Below, piece by piece: positions 24,504 to 38,625 of a stretch of 64,000 bases of DNA. The DNA lies in assembly GCF_006345805.1 (NCBI RefSeq), contig NC_043000.1, forward strand, positions 140,120,001 to 140,184,000, written 5' to 3'. Both the position numbers and the translations under genes were made by a program. Each line of letters starts with the position of its first letter. Within the stretch, counting starts at the first letter, position 1. The stretch is from Octopus sinensis. Lineage: Eukaryota. Below the pieces are notes generated by a model that saw only the letters and a program-made list of their open reading frames with translations, searched no databases and was not told the origin of the DNA.

Positions 24504-25926
24504 TATATATATATGTATGTATGTACATATATATATGTATGTATGTATGTATGTATATATATACATATATATATATGCATGTATATATGTATGTATGTTT
24601 GTATGTATATATGCATGTATGTATGTATGTATGTATGTATGTATGTATATATATATACACATATATATATATGTATGTATATGTATGTATGTATATATAT
24701 ATATAAATATATAGATATATGCATGTATACATGCATATATATGTGTGTGTGTGTGTATGTAAGTCTGCATGTATTTATATAAATCTGTATATAAATGTAT
24801 ATATTTATACACATATATAAATGTATATATTTATGCACATATGTGTCTGTAATGTTAGTAGTTGATAAAAAATGAAAATACAAGAGCTATTTATGGAGCA
24901 AAAAAACAAGTTAAGCTTTTATCCTCAAAGAAAGGTTTTAATTCTCTCTTTGAAAATACATGTACACACTCAAACACATTTATAAATAAATGCATATATA
25001 TACATACACACACACACATATAGGTATATATGTAATATATGCATGTATATACACATACAGACACATATATAATATATATATTATGCACTCATATATGATG
25101 TATGTATATACATAATATATATACCCATGCATATATACATGTATATGTATGCTTGTACGTATGTGTATGAGCATACATAATGTTGTATATACATTTTTTA
25201 TAATACGTTATTTTGTTGTTTTTTTGTATGATCTTATTTTCTTTGATAATATTCTTCCTGAAATCAATAAAGCAATAAGCAAATGTTTCAAAAATGTCAC
25301 TGAAAAGAAATGAAATGGTATTCAAGAAGATTTATGGTATATCAACCCGAGTGAGAATAAAAGAGCAATGTCAGAGTGGAATGTGAATTTGTAAAATAAG
25401 TAGAAAGAAAAATGAAAACAACAAGAGGTTGCAATGAGGAAGGTTAGTGTCTCAACAAGGGAAGAGGAGACCTCTAAAAGGATATAAGTCAAAGAATTTT
25501 TCTTCAGATCAAAATTAAAGAATTACATATGCACATATATATAAATATGTGTGTAGATGTGCAAATGTATGAGCAAACACACATATATATATATATATAT
25601 ATACACTCACTCAAACACTGAAAGTGTTCATCAGTTTTAATCTGAAAGAAATATTCTATGATGTTACAGGAATATATACCTACATACATACATATATACA
25701 TACATAATAGATAGATAGATAGATACAGAGAGAGAGAGAGAGAGACTAATATTATTATATATAATATTTAGACATATATATATGTCTGTATGTGTGTAAA
25801 GTTGGATGAATGGCTGCATCTAAATATTTTTATATATGTAACATATATGTGTGCATGTGTGTATTTGATTGAATACATACACACACACACACATATGTAC
25901 GAAGATTTATATAGATATAAATATGA

Positions 25927-25970
<44 letters not shown>

Positions 25971-26164
25971 CATATATATCTATATGTATACATACATATA
26001 TATACATATATATATATACATACATATATATAGATATATAAAAATACATATATATACATACACATACATACATATATAATGTATGTATGCGTCTGTATAT
26101 ATATGTATATATGTATGTATGTATATATATATATATATACACACACACACATTTATATATATAT

Positions 26165-26214
<50 letters not shown>

Positions 26215-26328
26215 TGCAATTACAGTTTAAGCCTTATAATTGAAACTGTTCCTGTGAATTGAAAAGTTCAATCATTTCAGCAACATTGTTATTTATCATT
26301 TCCAATGACTCTTGTATATGTCAGCTAA

Positions 26329-26385
<57 letters not shown>

Positions 26386-27245
26386 CATATGATTATATAT
26401 GTACAAACACACACACATATATATATATATATATATGCAGATTTATCATTAACAAAATAAGATGATATTTGAAAAGGTTTAATATATAGTCTTTATGATG
26501 TTTGATGTATTTTTAATACACTCTTCTATTTTTCACACAAATTATGAGAGATGAGAAGAGTACATTTTTGTGTGTGTATATGGTAAATTAGTTTTGTAAG
26601 TAATTAGCTGAGCCATTGATGTCTTGTAAAATGGCAGCAAGCATTTTATCTTGGACTCAACTTACAAGTTCAGCTAGCTCTAAATATTTGTTGTTGTTTT
26701 TTTCTACTTTTTTTAATAATTATTATTTATTTACTTTTTGCTATTTAGCTCCAGCTTTGCCATTACAAAGAAGACTAATGACCAAAAGCAACCTAAATGT
26801 CACCATTATATTTTCTTTCTTTTTTTTTCTTCTGGCATAGTTCAAATAGGGTTACATTATCAAATGTGTCCTTTTCTTTAATAAATCTGGAGGATGTGAT
26901 TTTTGTGTGTATTTGGCTACTATTTCTGTCTAATCAAATGTGAACCTAGAATTTTTTCACAGGGTTTTAGATGGATATGAACTCTGGTAACACTAAAACA
27001 TTTATGAAAGTTATAATTATTTGCATTTTAGAGATTAGTTGCTACCGCAGTAAATGCTATATACATCTGGCTAGCAGCCTATCAGGGTGAAATTCCATTT
27101 TATATTTATTTATGTTATAGGGTTTGCATTTAAGCAATGACACAGAGGGCCATAAAAGGGTATACATGTGTATTAGCACTTCAATATCAATGATGCTTCA
27201 GACTATATGTGCGGAAACTATGGCTTTATCTCTTTTAGTTTACCA

Positions 27246-27352
27246 GATCTGACTGGCCTGGTACAGCCTTCAGGCTTCCCAGACCCCAGTTAAACCGTCC
27301 AACCCATGCTAGCATGGAAAGCGGACGTTAAACGATGATGATGATGATGATG
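27246..27352 (+). mobile_element. Family C tail fragment
   Basis: CCAGATCTGACTGGCCTGG...GCATGGAAAGCGGACGTTAAACGATGATG. Confidence 0.85.
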
Positions 27353-28149
27353 AGTTTATATTTCAAGTCTTAAAAGTATCAATAAAATAAATCCCATGCA
27401 AGTACTAAATGTAGCTCAAGCATCTATCCTATTTCAGTGGATGCATCATGGCCAAATTGTTAAGATTTATGGTTTGGATACTACTGTTTTGGCATTTGAG
27501 GCAAATGTCTTCTGCCATTAGTTCAGGCTGACCCAAGGCTTATGAGTGAAATTCAGTAGATGAAAACTGTCGGAATCCCATCAGATCAATTGTATCTGCA
27601 ATTCAAAGGAACAACTTTGTCCTACTTTGTTTAATAGATTCTTTCTGAGGATTATATAAATGGTTCACATGTTTATGGAAGTCACGTACACACTTATTTG
27701 ATATGGAAATGATCCAGTTGATTGCACAATTGAATACTCATCATCAAAACTAACTTGAATCCATTAGCTTTACTTTTTTGCATCGCATTTGTGAATTCAT
27801 AATGATAATTTAATTAACACTACAAGAGCACCTGAACTGGATCTTTTCTTTTTTTCTTTTCGAAGGGGTGAAGTGGTCTAGATCCATATACAGTATTAAA
27901 CTTCACTGAATGATTATCTCCCAAATCAATGCACCAGCTCATAGAAGCACTAAAAAAATAGACATAATCATAAAGTTGTATACACCAAAGCAATATAATA
28001 TACACTCAAAGGATATGTTTTTCCCATAAGAAATTTGAAGAGAAACTCTCAAAGCTGTTAATATCTCTTTTATGGATGCAAAAATCTGTAAGATCTCCAA
28101 AAGATGCAAGAGAAACTTAAGATCAAAACCAATTATGATTAGTAAACTT

Positions 28150-29540
28150 TTCTTTTCACCTACATTATCAGATACATCCTTCTAATTTTTAATGATCATA
28201 GAGTGTCATACGAATAAGTCGTGGCTGCTATTTAAAGAGGAATGTTACGTTCTTCCTCATTGCCTCAACATGAAGTTTGTGGTTTCATGTAATATACAGA
28301 GTGTTATCATGCTTTAAACAGAGCACACTCACTTCATTTCTTTTAATCCTTCATACATTCTTTGTATTCAGTACCCATTCTTTGTTAGCATTGTATATCA
28401 TCTGTAAGCATCTTACAATCTGCTTTCACCTTGAAAGAGATTCCCTTTCATGCCATGCCAGCATTATTAATAACTCCCTGAACTCTTTCTGCCCCATTCA
28501 TACTCTGCTATGGTGAAACATTGTCCTCACCCCTAATTAAATTCTTTGCTGCGTTTGCTGCTATCACCTTACTGGCACTATCTCTATACATATGCATGGC
28601 TCTTATAAGCTATTTATCATTACCAAGTTTTCTTAGTAAATGCCTGAATATGAGGTATACACTGTCAAAGGCTATTTTCATGTTGACAAACTTTATATAG
28701 AGAGGAATGCTCTTTTCTAAGAAATTCTCAAGTAGTTGCCACATTAGGAAGAGAGACCCAAAAATACCCCAATCTGACACAAACTTTTCATGAGACTGAA
28801 CTTAACTTTCTTTCTAATTAGTTGTGTTTATTAGTCTTGCTGCTAATTTCAAAAATCAATCCTTCAGCTTAACCCTTTCGTTACCAACCCAGCTGAAACC
28901 GGCTCTGGTTCTCAGTACAAATATCTTGTTTTCAAAAGTTCTGACTTAAAATCTTCAACCAAACCTTAGTCACAATTTATGTTCCTAACACTAGCTTAAT
29001 GATAACTAAGTTATTTTACTAAATTCTTTGTTATATTTAAAGTAATTGAAAGAAACACAGAGCATCTCAAAATAAATACAGTAATGAAAGGGTTAATGAT
29101 TCTATAATGGTTGCTTCCTTCTAGAGCAAAATCTATATATTTGACATACTTGATGGTAATATTTCAACAGTCATTGAGAATGACACTTTTTCACACTATC
29201 TGAGTGACTATGTTTGACTGGTATATGTTCTATTTCAATGTATATTTTCACCATCTCAGCCAGTATTCCCCACAGCCCAACTGGTTTTCATGCCCTCATA
29301 TCCTTGATGACCTTGTTCACTGCATAGCCATCAGTTTCAATAGCTGGCCCCTCAGTTGGATTCTCAATTTCCTGTTGTCCCTTTTGTCTCCTATGCATGT
29401 TTGTTATACAATAACCTCTCCTAGAAGCATATCTTTTTTAAAAATTTGTGCTTCACTTTCATGTTCTCTCATTTACACACCAGAAGTTTTTACTGTTGAC
29501 ACTGACAAATTAAATAATTTTAGCAATAAAGTATTGAAAT
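28150..29540 (-). pseudogene. Highly decayed RTE-clade LINE ORF fragments
   Basis: Manual translation gives NPTEGPAIETDGYAVNKVIKDMRA*KPVGLWGILAEMVKI (pre-RT region) and KGISFKVK (C-terminal region), resembling the relic at 49.3-50.9 kb. Confidence 0.6.
28873..29092. mobile_element. piggyBac-like MITE, 220 bp
   Basis: TTAA TSD at 28869-72 and 29093-96; TIRs CCCTTTCGTTAC / GTAATGAAAGGG. Confidence 0.85.
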
Positions 29541-29586
29541 TATGATGATTTTTGCTTCATAATTGATGAGGGGTGAGTTAGTCTAT

Positions 29587-30002
29587 TACTCTTTTACTCT
29601 TTTACTTCTTTCAGTCATTTGACTGTGGCCATGCTGGAGAGCACCGCCTTTAATCGAGCAACTTGACCCCGGGACTTATTCTTTTTGTAAGCCCAGTACT
29701 TATTCTATCGGTCTCTTTTGCCGAACCGCTAAGTAACGGGGACATAAACACACCAGCATCGGTTGTCAAGCAATGCTAGGGGAACAAACAGAGACACACA
29801 AACAAACACACATACATATATATATATATACATATATACGACAGGCTTCTTTCAGTTTCCGTCTACCAAATCCACTCACAAGGCATTGGTCAGCCCAGGG
29901 CTATAGCAGAAGATACTTGCCCAAGATGCCACGCAGTGGGACTGAACCCGGAACCATGTGGTTGGTTAGCAAGCTACTTACCACACAGCCACAGCTGCGC
30001 CT
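29587..30002 (-). mobile_element. Full-length SINE family A
   Basis: Same structure as 23678-24076. Confidence 0.9.
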
Positions 30003-30419
30003 ATGTGGACAATATATGTAGTTCAGTATTTAGGGTATTTAGCTCATGATCATAAGCTGGTGGCACATTGTACTTGATGAAGACATTTTATTTTATGTTG
30101 CTCTAGTTCACTAAACTGGCAAAAATGAGTTGTACCTGTTATTCAAAGAGCTAACCTTGTCATACTTTTTGTCATGCTGAATCTCCTAGAGAACAGCATT
30201 AAGGGTAGGCATGTCTGTGAAAGGATGGCCCACTAGCACATTCATTTCATGGCATGATATTTGGTTGATCACATCAACTGGAAACCTCATCATCATAACC
30301 AATGGAGAGCCAAGCCACTGTGTCCATGTTTCTTCTATGTTTTTTTGCCTATTTTTCATGTATTCAATTGTCATAGTCCTATGCTACATTGTATTTTGTA
30401 CTTATATACAAGCATTCAT

Positions 30420-30574
30420 GCATACACACATACATAAATACATACATAAATACATACATACATAAATACATACATAAATACATACATACATACATACATA
30501 CATACATACATACATACATACATACATACATACAAACATACATACATACATACATACATACATACATACATACA

Positions 30575-30605
<31 letters not shown>
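30420..30605. repeat. (CATA)n microsatellite
   Basis: Directly visible. Confidence 0.95.
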
Positions 30606-30606
<1 letters not shown>

Positions 30607-31763
30607 ATCCTAGTCTTCATAGTGACCACCTGATAACTGTGTTGGAATCCCAGCAAAAGCCTTCTTAGTTTTAGCTAAATATTTCCTACAGTTACCATGC
30701 TAGGATGATTGCATCAGAAGTACATGAGTAATGAAACTAACTCTACTATTGGTATATGCTTTGCTGTTTACTATAAATTGATTAAGAATACCAAATGATA
30801 AGTATGCTAAGATATATAACTGTGTAGTTAAGTTCACTTGTAAGTCATGTGCTTTTGAGTCCTACAGCATAAGGACAAGTGCCTTTTAGTATTGCTCCAA
30901 GCTGACCAAAACCTTTTGAGTGGATATGACAGATGGAAACTGAAAGAAGCTCACTGTATACATTTATGTAAGTGCGCAAAAGTTATATTTTCTTGATCTG
31001 GTGTAATAGTTTTAAATGAGTATCATCACCATACAAGAAGTGTAGCTTGTTTCAAATCCTCCATGAAAACATGTCCAGCTATAGGGAAGTATATATTAGT
31101 ATATATTGCTTAGAAACAGGTGAGGTTTGGCAACTGGCAAAACCATACTAAATCTGCCTTGGTGAATTCTGTCTTACCCATGCGAGTTCAGAAAGTGTGC
31201 ATTAAATTACGATAATACACACACAACACCATACAAACATGCACTCACACATACATACACATGATATGCTTAGGTGTATAAATATTTTTACCTGTATGTA
31301 TATAGAATATTTAATTAGTCAGGGCACCATCTGCATGATATTTAAATATTTATTTAGGTGAAAGCTATAAGACAAATTTTATCTGTCATAAATTCACTTA
31401 TTCCTTGCCAACAAATGTGCAATTTAATATAAGTTAGCACTTGGCTTCTCAACATTTTGGTAAGATATAGAAAAGCTATGATTTACAGAGACTACTTCAA
31501 AATAAGTTGAAACACATCTGAAATTGTTTCACATTCTTGCCTTGAAAAATATACTGGACATCAAGAACATTAATTTTTATTTACAGCATATATAACATAT
31601 ATAAATAAAATTTAATGGTTTAATGCTTCAGTAATAAAATATGCTTTTGGTTGGGGAACTGACAAAAATGTTAACATGCTGGGCAAAATGTTTTGTGGCA
31701 GTTTGTCCATCTTTACATTCTGAGTTAAAATTCCACTGTTGTCAACTTTGGTTTTCATTCTTC

Positions 31764-31988
31764 GAGCTGGCAGAAACGTTAGCTCACCGGGCGAAATGCT
31801 TAGCAGTATTTCGTCTGCCACTACTTTCTGAGTTCAAATTCTGCCAAGGTCGACTTTGCCTTTCATCCTTTCAGGGTCGATTAAATAAGTACCAGTTACT
31901 CACTGGGGTCGATATAATCGAATTAATCCGTTTGTCTGTCCTTGTTTGTCCTCTCTGTGTTTATCCCCTTGTGAGTAGTAAAGAAACA
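31764..31988 (+). mobile_element. SINE family B with 14-bp TSD
   Basis: GGTTTTCATTCTTC at 31750-31763 and 31989-32002. Confidence 0.92.
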
Positions 31989-33929
31989 GGTTTTCATTCT
32001 TCTAAGATCAATAAAATAAGTGCTATTTGAGAACTGGAGTAGATATAATTGACTTGCTCCCTCCTGTGTAATTGCTAGCTTGAGCCAAAATTTGAAGCCA
32101 ATAATTCAATATGCTTTGACATAACTATCTAATTATTATATGAAAGTTTGGCTGAGTTGATAAAAAATTTGCTATCAAGCCATATGGTTTCAGGTTCAGT
32201 TCATCTACATGGCACCTGGGGTAGGTGTCTTCTGCTAATCAAAGACTTGTGAGTGGATTTGATTGACTAAAATAAATAGAGGTGTATATGTGCTTGTATG
32301 TGTTTGTGTATGTGTGTGTTTGTGTGACACATCTATATGTATTTATTTACACTTTGCTATGTAAACAATGACTTCACTAGAGTTGTCATTTGTTTGCACA
32401 TCTCTACAAAACTGACTGGATTATTTGTTGTTTGATAGATTGTGAAATCATTGCCCCACTTTGGAAAAGGTAGGAGTTGGCAACAGATAAGACATTCAGC
32501 CTTAGTAAAATATGCCCCAATAATACTTTTGTGTTACACATGCACATGGGCCTGGGAACAGGGGGGACAAGCACACCACCTAAAATTCTTGTGGGGTGTG
32601 AAATCAAAATTTGCACCCCTACTTATTTTTCTCAGGTTTAGAAAACAGCGAATAAAAAGGGATGAGTAAAAAGTAGCTCTAAGTTAGGTTCTTGACAAAA
32701 ATAAATTTGTAAAAATATTTGGAGTTGGGTTTGCACCCCCTATGTAAATTTTGTTCCCGAGCCAGTGCACATGCAGGCATATAAAAGTAGATATTAAATC
32801 GATGATGATGAGAATGAAGATGATGATGATAATGATGAAATCTACAACCATTCTCTTACAAGTTAACATGTTCATGATTTAATAAAGTGGTTTAGGAATT
32901 TGTCTTGCTATTTTGCTAAGTTAAAAAGTATGAGAGTGAAATAAACACAAAAAAAAAAACCCCAACAACATAATATATCTGCAATTGTCTCTCATATTTC
33001 CTTATCAAAATATTAATTTTGTTCATGGACTGATATTGTTTTTCTTTTATCGTGTATGAGAATCTACTTTAGTATCTTACAGTTCTAATCATTAAATAAG
33101 TTTTCACCACATAATTATATGGAAACACAAACTATAAGAGTACAGATGAGAACTTGTTGAACAATGATAGGAATGTATTGACATATATCCTTATGTATGT
33201 GTGAATATGTATATGCATGTATTTGTGTAGGTTAATAGGTGTTGACCTATACTAATGTATGAACATATCTGTTTACATATGTATGTGTGTATGTACATTG
33301 GTATATGAATATATGTGTGTAGATGAGCGTATGTATACGTATATAGCTGTGTGATTATATTGTTTTGTAAATGTATGTGTCAATGTATGCATGCTTATGC
33401 TTTGCAAAGGAGAAAGGAAAAAGGAAAATGAGACATTACAAAAAGCGCGGAGCTATATGAAAAAAAGCGACATACAAATTTAAATATAAATATAAAAGGG
33501 AGATGATATAAAATACTAAAACTCTGAGAGATATATTGGTGAGTATCATTAAAAATATAAATTGCAAATAACAGCTGGAATAGAGAAGTTGGGAAACTGC
33601 CAAAGAACTCACTATAAAAATGAGAAATATAGACTTTCGACACTTTTATCTATCTCTTAAATTCTTCTATGAAATTGCATAAAAAGAAAACATATGATAA
33701 ATACACGTATGTTATAAAGCAATTCAACACATGTTCCTCAAACAGATTGTTTGTCTGTCTGTGTCTGATGATCAGCGTTTGTAACTACCTACTCAAAAGC
33801 CTACCAGCCTACCTACTGCAAATATACCTACATATATATATATTCTTTTTTAGCCAGTTACCAGTCTACATGTTTCTCTGTCTTCCTTCCTGTCTCTGTT
33901 TGTCTATGTGTGCATACATATATATTAGT

Positions 33930-33936
33930 TCATATA

Positions 33937-34013
<77 letters not shown>

Positions 34014-34096
34014 ATATATATATATTCATATATATATATATATATATAATATATATATTCATATATATTTATATATATATATATATATATAAACTA

Positions 34097-34149
<53 letters not shown>

Positions 34150-34177
34150 ATATATATATATGTATATATATATATAT

Positions 34178-34219
<42 letters not shown>

Positions 34220-34330
34220 ATATATATATTATATATATATGTATATATATATATGTATATATATATTATATATATATATATATATGTGTGTGTATATATA
34301 TATATGTATATACACATACATATATATGCA
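33930..34330. repeat. Long imperfect (TA)n field
   Basis: Directly visible. Confidence 0.95.
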
Positions 34331-34968
34331 TAAAATATAGTGTAATATTATAAATGCACAATAGACTATACTCCATGCCAGTAAATACAAATAGTACAAG
34401 TTTTAGCCATTGCTGTAGTGCGCAAGCAAATATACATGACAAATGTAAGCAAATGGAGTGGAACTGGAAAGAGATAAAAATAGTGGTGGCGAAGTGACAG
34501 GGTGAATTCTCACCATAGGACGTGAGTAGAAATGAGTGAGAAGGGGAGAGTAGGAAGTGTGAGCTTGTAGAGGCTGCAAGAGTGTATAAGTGAGTGAGAG
34601 ATTGGGAATAGGTGAGAGGGGGGGGGGATATTATGACCAAATGCTTAGGAATGAAAAGTAGTGGATAGGGAAAAGAGAAGAGGAGGTGACAACAGCAAAA
34701 CTTTAGTAGGTCTGATGGGTAACTAATGATACATAAATTATTGGGTGGTAGGGACTGACTGAGAAGTCAGAAAAGGAAGTTGGGTAGTGAAGAGCAAGAG
34801 AATAGCAATTATAATAATGGTTTCAAATTTTGACACCGGGCCAGCAATTTTTGAGGGGAGGCAGAACTTGATCACATTGGCATACTTGACTGGTACTTAT
34901 TTTATCGACCACAAAAGGATGAAAGGCAAAGTTGACCTTGGCACAATTTGAACTCAGAATGTAAACAT

Positions 34969-35368
34969 AGGCGCAGGAGTGGCTGTGTGGTAAGTAGCTT
35001 GCTAACCAGCCACATGGTTCCGGGTTCAGTCCCACTGCATGGCATCTTGGGCAAGTGTCTTCTGCTATAGCCCCGGGCCGACCAATGCCTTGTGAGTGGA
35101 TTTGGTAGACGGAAACTGAAAGAAGCCTGTCGTATATATGTATATATATATAAGTGTGTGTGTATATATGTTTGTGTGTCTGTGTTTGTCCCCCTAGCAT
35201 TGCTTGTGTGTTTACGTCCCCGTCACCTAACGGTTCGGCAAAAGAGACCGATAAAATAAGTACTGGGCTTACAAAGAATAAGTCCTGGGGTCGATTTGCT
35301 CGACTAAAGGCGGTGCTCCAGCATGGCCGCAGTCAAATGACCAAAACAAGTAAAAGAGTAAAAGAGTA
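34969..35368 (+). mobile_element. Full-length SINE family A, abutting a minus-strand family B-like fragment (34825-34962)
   Basis: AGGCGCAGGAGTGGCTGTGTGGTAAG...GTAAAAGAGTAAAAGAGTA. Confidence 0.9.
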
Positions 35369-35450
35369 TGGACAAACTGAGGCAAACCATTTCGTCTACT
35401 GTGCTAAAAATTCTGTTAGCTCACTACCTTAATAATAATAATAATATTAA

Positions 35451-35870
35451 ATGCCCTGATGCAGTAAAAGGTAGTGGCTCACATGGCTTTTGATCTTAAC
35501 TGATTGGAAGTGTTATCATGTACATTGTTTTGTCATGGTATAAAAGATGGTCTACAGCAAATATTCTGCTCAATACCACAGATTTGCTTGTCAGTTGCTT
35601 GACCTTAACCAGTTGAGCATGTCCCTTGGTGGCTGACGATATGTGCTTCTCTGATGATGAGCAGAGTTGTTGAGGAGCATCATAACCATGTGCTGAGAAG
35701 AATTCTTTACGATTTGAATAATTCACCTCTGGAAACATGGGTGTTTTGTTCATCATCCTTAAGCAATCCTTATTCTGGGAACTTTTGAGCAGGATAGGCT
35801 ACTCAACTTGAAGAAAATTCTAACTGGGCCCCACCTGCAAGGTCATGTGCTGTATATCTTCATATAAGAT
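35451..35870. mobile_element. Interspersed repeat family D beginning at (AAT)n
   Basis: GATCTTAACTGATTGGAAGT.TTATCATGTACATTG...CAGCAAATATTCTGCTCAATAC is shared with 42024-42255. Confidence 0.7.
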
Positions 35871-36377
35871 CACCTTTCATTATAGGTTTAGCATGATCAG
35901 TGATGATCTGGAACTCAAAAAGTACACCTTGTGCAAAAGGATTGCTGCTTAACGACAAAAATACTAATAATCAAAAGATTATCATAGGCTGTGACATGAG
36001 AAAGATTTGGCTATCATTCTTAGCAAGATGTACATACATCAGCACAAAGCATTTAATATGGTTATTACAAGAATAATGAAAGCATTTTTTCCAAAACAGT
36101 TTAAAAGCTGCAGACAGACAGCTTTTATATATTTCAAAACTGAAAGAAGGAAGTAATTTAGTTATTTTGAATTAACATTATTAATGATTTACATGGTTTA
36201 CTCATCAATGGACGCTATTAACGACTTGCAGTTTCCTGAGATTATCAGCTTCACAGATTTACTATTTTTCATTTGTAAATAGATAATAGAATTAAAAAGA
36301 GCAATAAATACAAATTAATTATGCAACTGTACATAAATAAAATATTGAGAGCTGTGATTTGAACCGAGAATTTTGTA

Positions 36378-36820
36378 TCAAATCAAAATCGATGAACATC
36401 AATGGAATTTGTATCTTTGTGGTACCAGTGCCGGTGGCACATAAGAAGACCATCCGAATGTGACCGTAGCCAGTACCGCATCGACTGGCCTCCGTGCTGT
36501 GGGCACGTAACAAACACCATCCGATCATGGCCGTTCGCCAGCCTCGTCTGGCACCTGTGTCGGTGGCACATAAAAAATACCATCCGAGCGTGGCCGTTCG
36601 CCAGCCTCGTCTGGCACCTGTGTCGGTGGCACATAAAATCACCCACTACACTCTCGGAGTGGTTGGCGTTAGGAAGGGCATCCAGCTGTAGAAACACTGC
36701 CAGATCTGACTGGCCTGGTGCAGCCTTCGGGCTTCCCAGACCCCAGTTGAACCGTCCAACCCATGCTAGCATGGAAATCAGACGTTAAACGATGATGATG
36801 ATGATGATGATGATGATGAT
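36378..36820 (+). mobile_element. Family C RTE-tail element, about 4 VNTR units
   Basis: Repeated GCCGTTCGCCAGCCTCGTCTGGCACCTGTGTCGGTGGCACATAAAA and a (GAT)n tail. Confidence 0.88.
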
Positions 36821-37878
36821 ACAGACAACTAAGTCAATTTCAATTTCAGATACAAATTCAAGTAATGGAATTTTTAAACTTGCATAAAACAAATACAAAA
36901 TTAAAAACATCACTTAATTAATGCCCCATCTTCATCAAATGAATAAAATAAAATCTGTAAAACGGTTATAATTGCTACTGTTTAATAAATCTCAGTGTTA
37001 AATTTTACCGATGCTGAATTTCTCTTGAGAAAAGCAGCCTGTGTTTGATTTGGCAGGAAAGATGAAGAACAAAAAGGAAAAAAAGGACAACTTAAAACAG
37101 AATATAAAATTCTGTTAACAAAAAAAAAAAAATAAATAATAAATAATCCAAAAAGTAAAGTTACAGCAACAAAAACATAAATATAACTGATATAAAAAGA
37201 TTAAAATGTAATTAGCATTTCAGTAAACTAGACAAGAATTTTAATTGCTCTGATTATGCAAACAATAAAAGTTTGAATTTGCTTTTAATATTTTTACTTC
37301 TTGTTTTCCTTTCCTTTTACAAATAGAAACTTGTTCATAATAAAGAATGTTTCATTATGGAAAAAGAGATATAATGCAAAGTATGATATTGATTTCTTAT
37401 AAATATATTGATTTCTTATAAATATATTGATTCCTTCTAATTCAAATTTATAGGAGAATGGAAAGGTAACTGTTTGATGTTCATGAATTTTACATTGGTA
37501 TTATAAAACTGTAAGTAAAATAGATGTTCCTTACACCCAAGAGGACCCTTAATAGCTAATCTTTAACTTGTGATTCATGATGTGTAGCAAACTGTAGTTA
37601 AATATATACATGAATAGAAAGCTAGTATTTTTTCTTCAGTTAACAGCCTTACTTTCCATGTCTACTCTTGTAAAATATTGTACATCTAGCTAGTGATTCT
37701 CTCTTCACTACATTGGCATTAGTATTTATGCTAGCTGAGGGGATTTTATAACACTGAAACATATTCAGGCATTGTTTCCTATACTTCTCAAAATGATTAA
37801 GTTAATACTAATCATAGAATTGAAGTTGTTTGCTCATTCCATAAATATTTATATCTATATTTTTTGATATTCAATAAT

Positions 37879-38393
37879 TGAAATCAAAATCAAATTCTAT
37901 GACTGGCATCTGTGCTAGTGGAGCACTAAGAGTACCATATGAGCGAGATTGTTGCCACAGCAACAAGCTGGCCCCTGTGCCGATGGCACATAAAAAAACA
38001 CCATTCAAGCATGATCATTATCTGTGTCGCCTTACTGGCACTTGTGCTGGTGGATATGAAAAAACAACATTTGAGCAGCGTCGTTGCCAGCGCTGCTGGA
38101 CTGGCTCCTGTGCAGGTGACACATAATAAAACACCATTTGAGCGTGGTCGTTGCCAGTACCGCATGACTGGCCTCGTGCCGGTGGCACATAAAAGCACCC
38201 TCTACATTCTCAGAGTGGTTGGCGTTAGGAAGAGCATCCAGCTGTAGAAACTCTGCCAGATCAGACTGGAGTCTGGTGCAGCCATCTGGTTTGCCAGACC
38301 TCAGTCAAATCGTCCAAACCATGCTAGCATGGAAAGCAGACGTTAAACGATGATGATGATGATGGTGATGATGATGATGATGAAGATGATGAT
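37879..38393 (+). mobile_element. Family C RTE-tail element
   Basis: Same layout, with diverged VNTR units. Confidence 0.85.
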
Positions 38394-38460
38394 GTTAACA
38401 CTATCTTAACTATCATAGGTGCAATCTTACATGATCCAGCAATCATTTGTTTAAACTATT

Positions 38461-38625
38461 ACATCATCATCATCATCATCATCATCATTTAACATCCGTT
38501 TTCCATGCTGGCATGGGTTGGACAGGTTGACAGAATCTGACTAACTGAAGAGCTGCCCAGGTTCCATGTCTGCTTTGGCATGGTTTCTTTTTAATGACAT
38601 GATGCTCTTCCTAACACTAAGTAGT
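38461..38625 (-). mobile_element. Family C tail fragment, tail-to-tail with the previous element
   Basis: (CAT)n TTTAACATCCGTTTTCCATGCTGGCATGGGTTGGAC. Confidence 0.8.

Noticed and set aside
34400-34820. Purine-rich blocks (also 39830-40250, 47600-47850) that might be PLE relics
   Set aside because: There is only vague motif resemblance by eye, so they are left unannotated.
34969-35035. tRNA genes at SINE heads (also 8115, 15711, 45031)
   Set aside because: A/B boxes are present, but there is no closed acceptor stem and each runs into a repeated SINE body.
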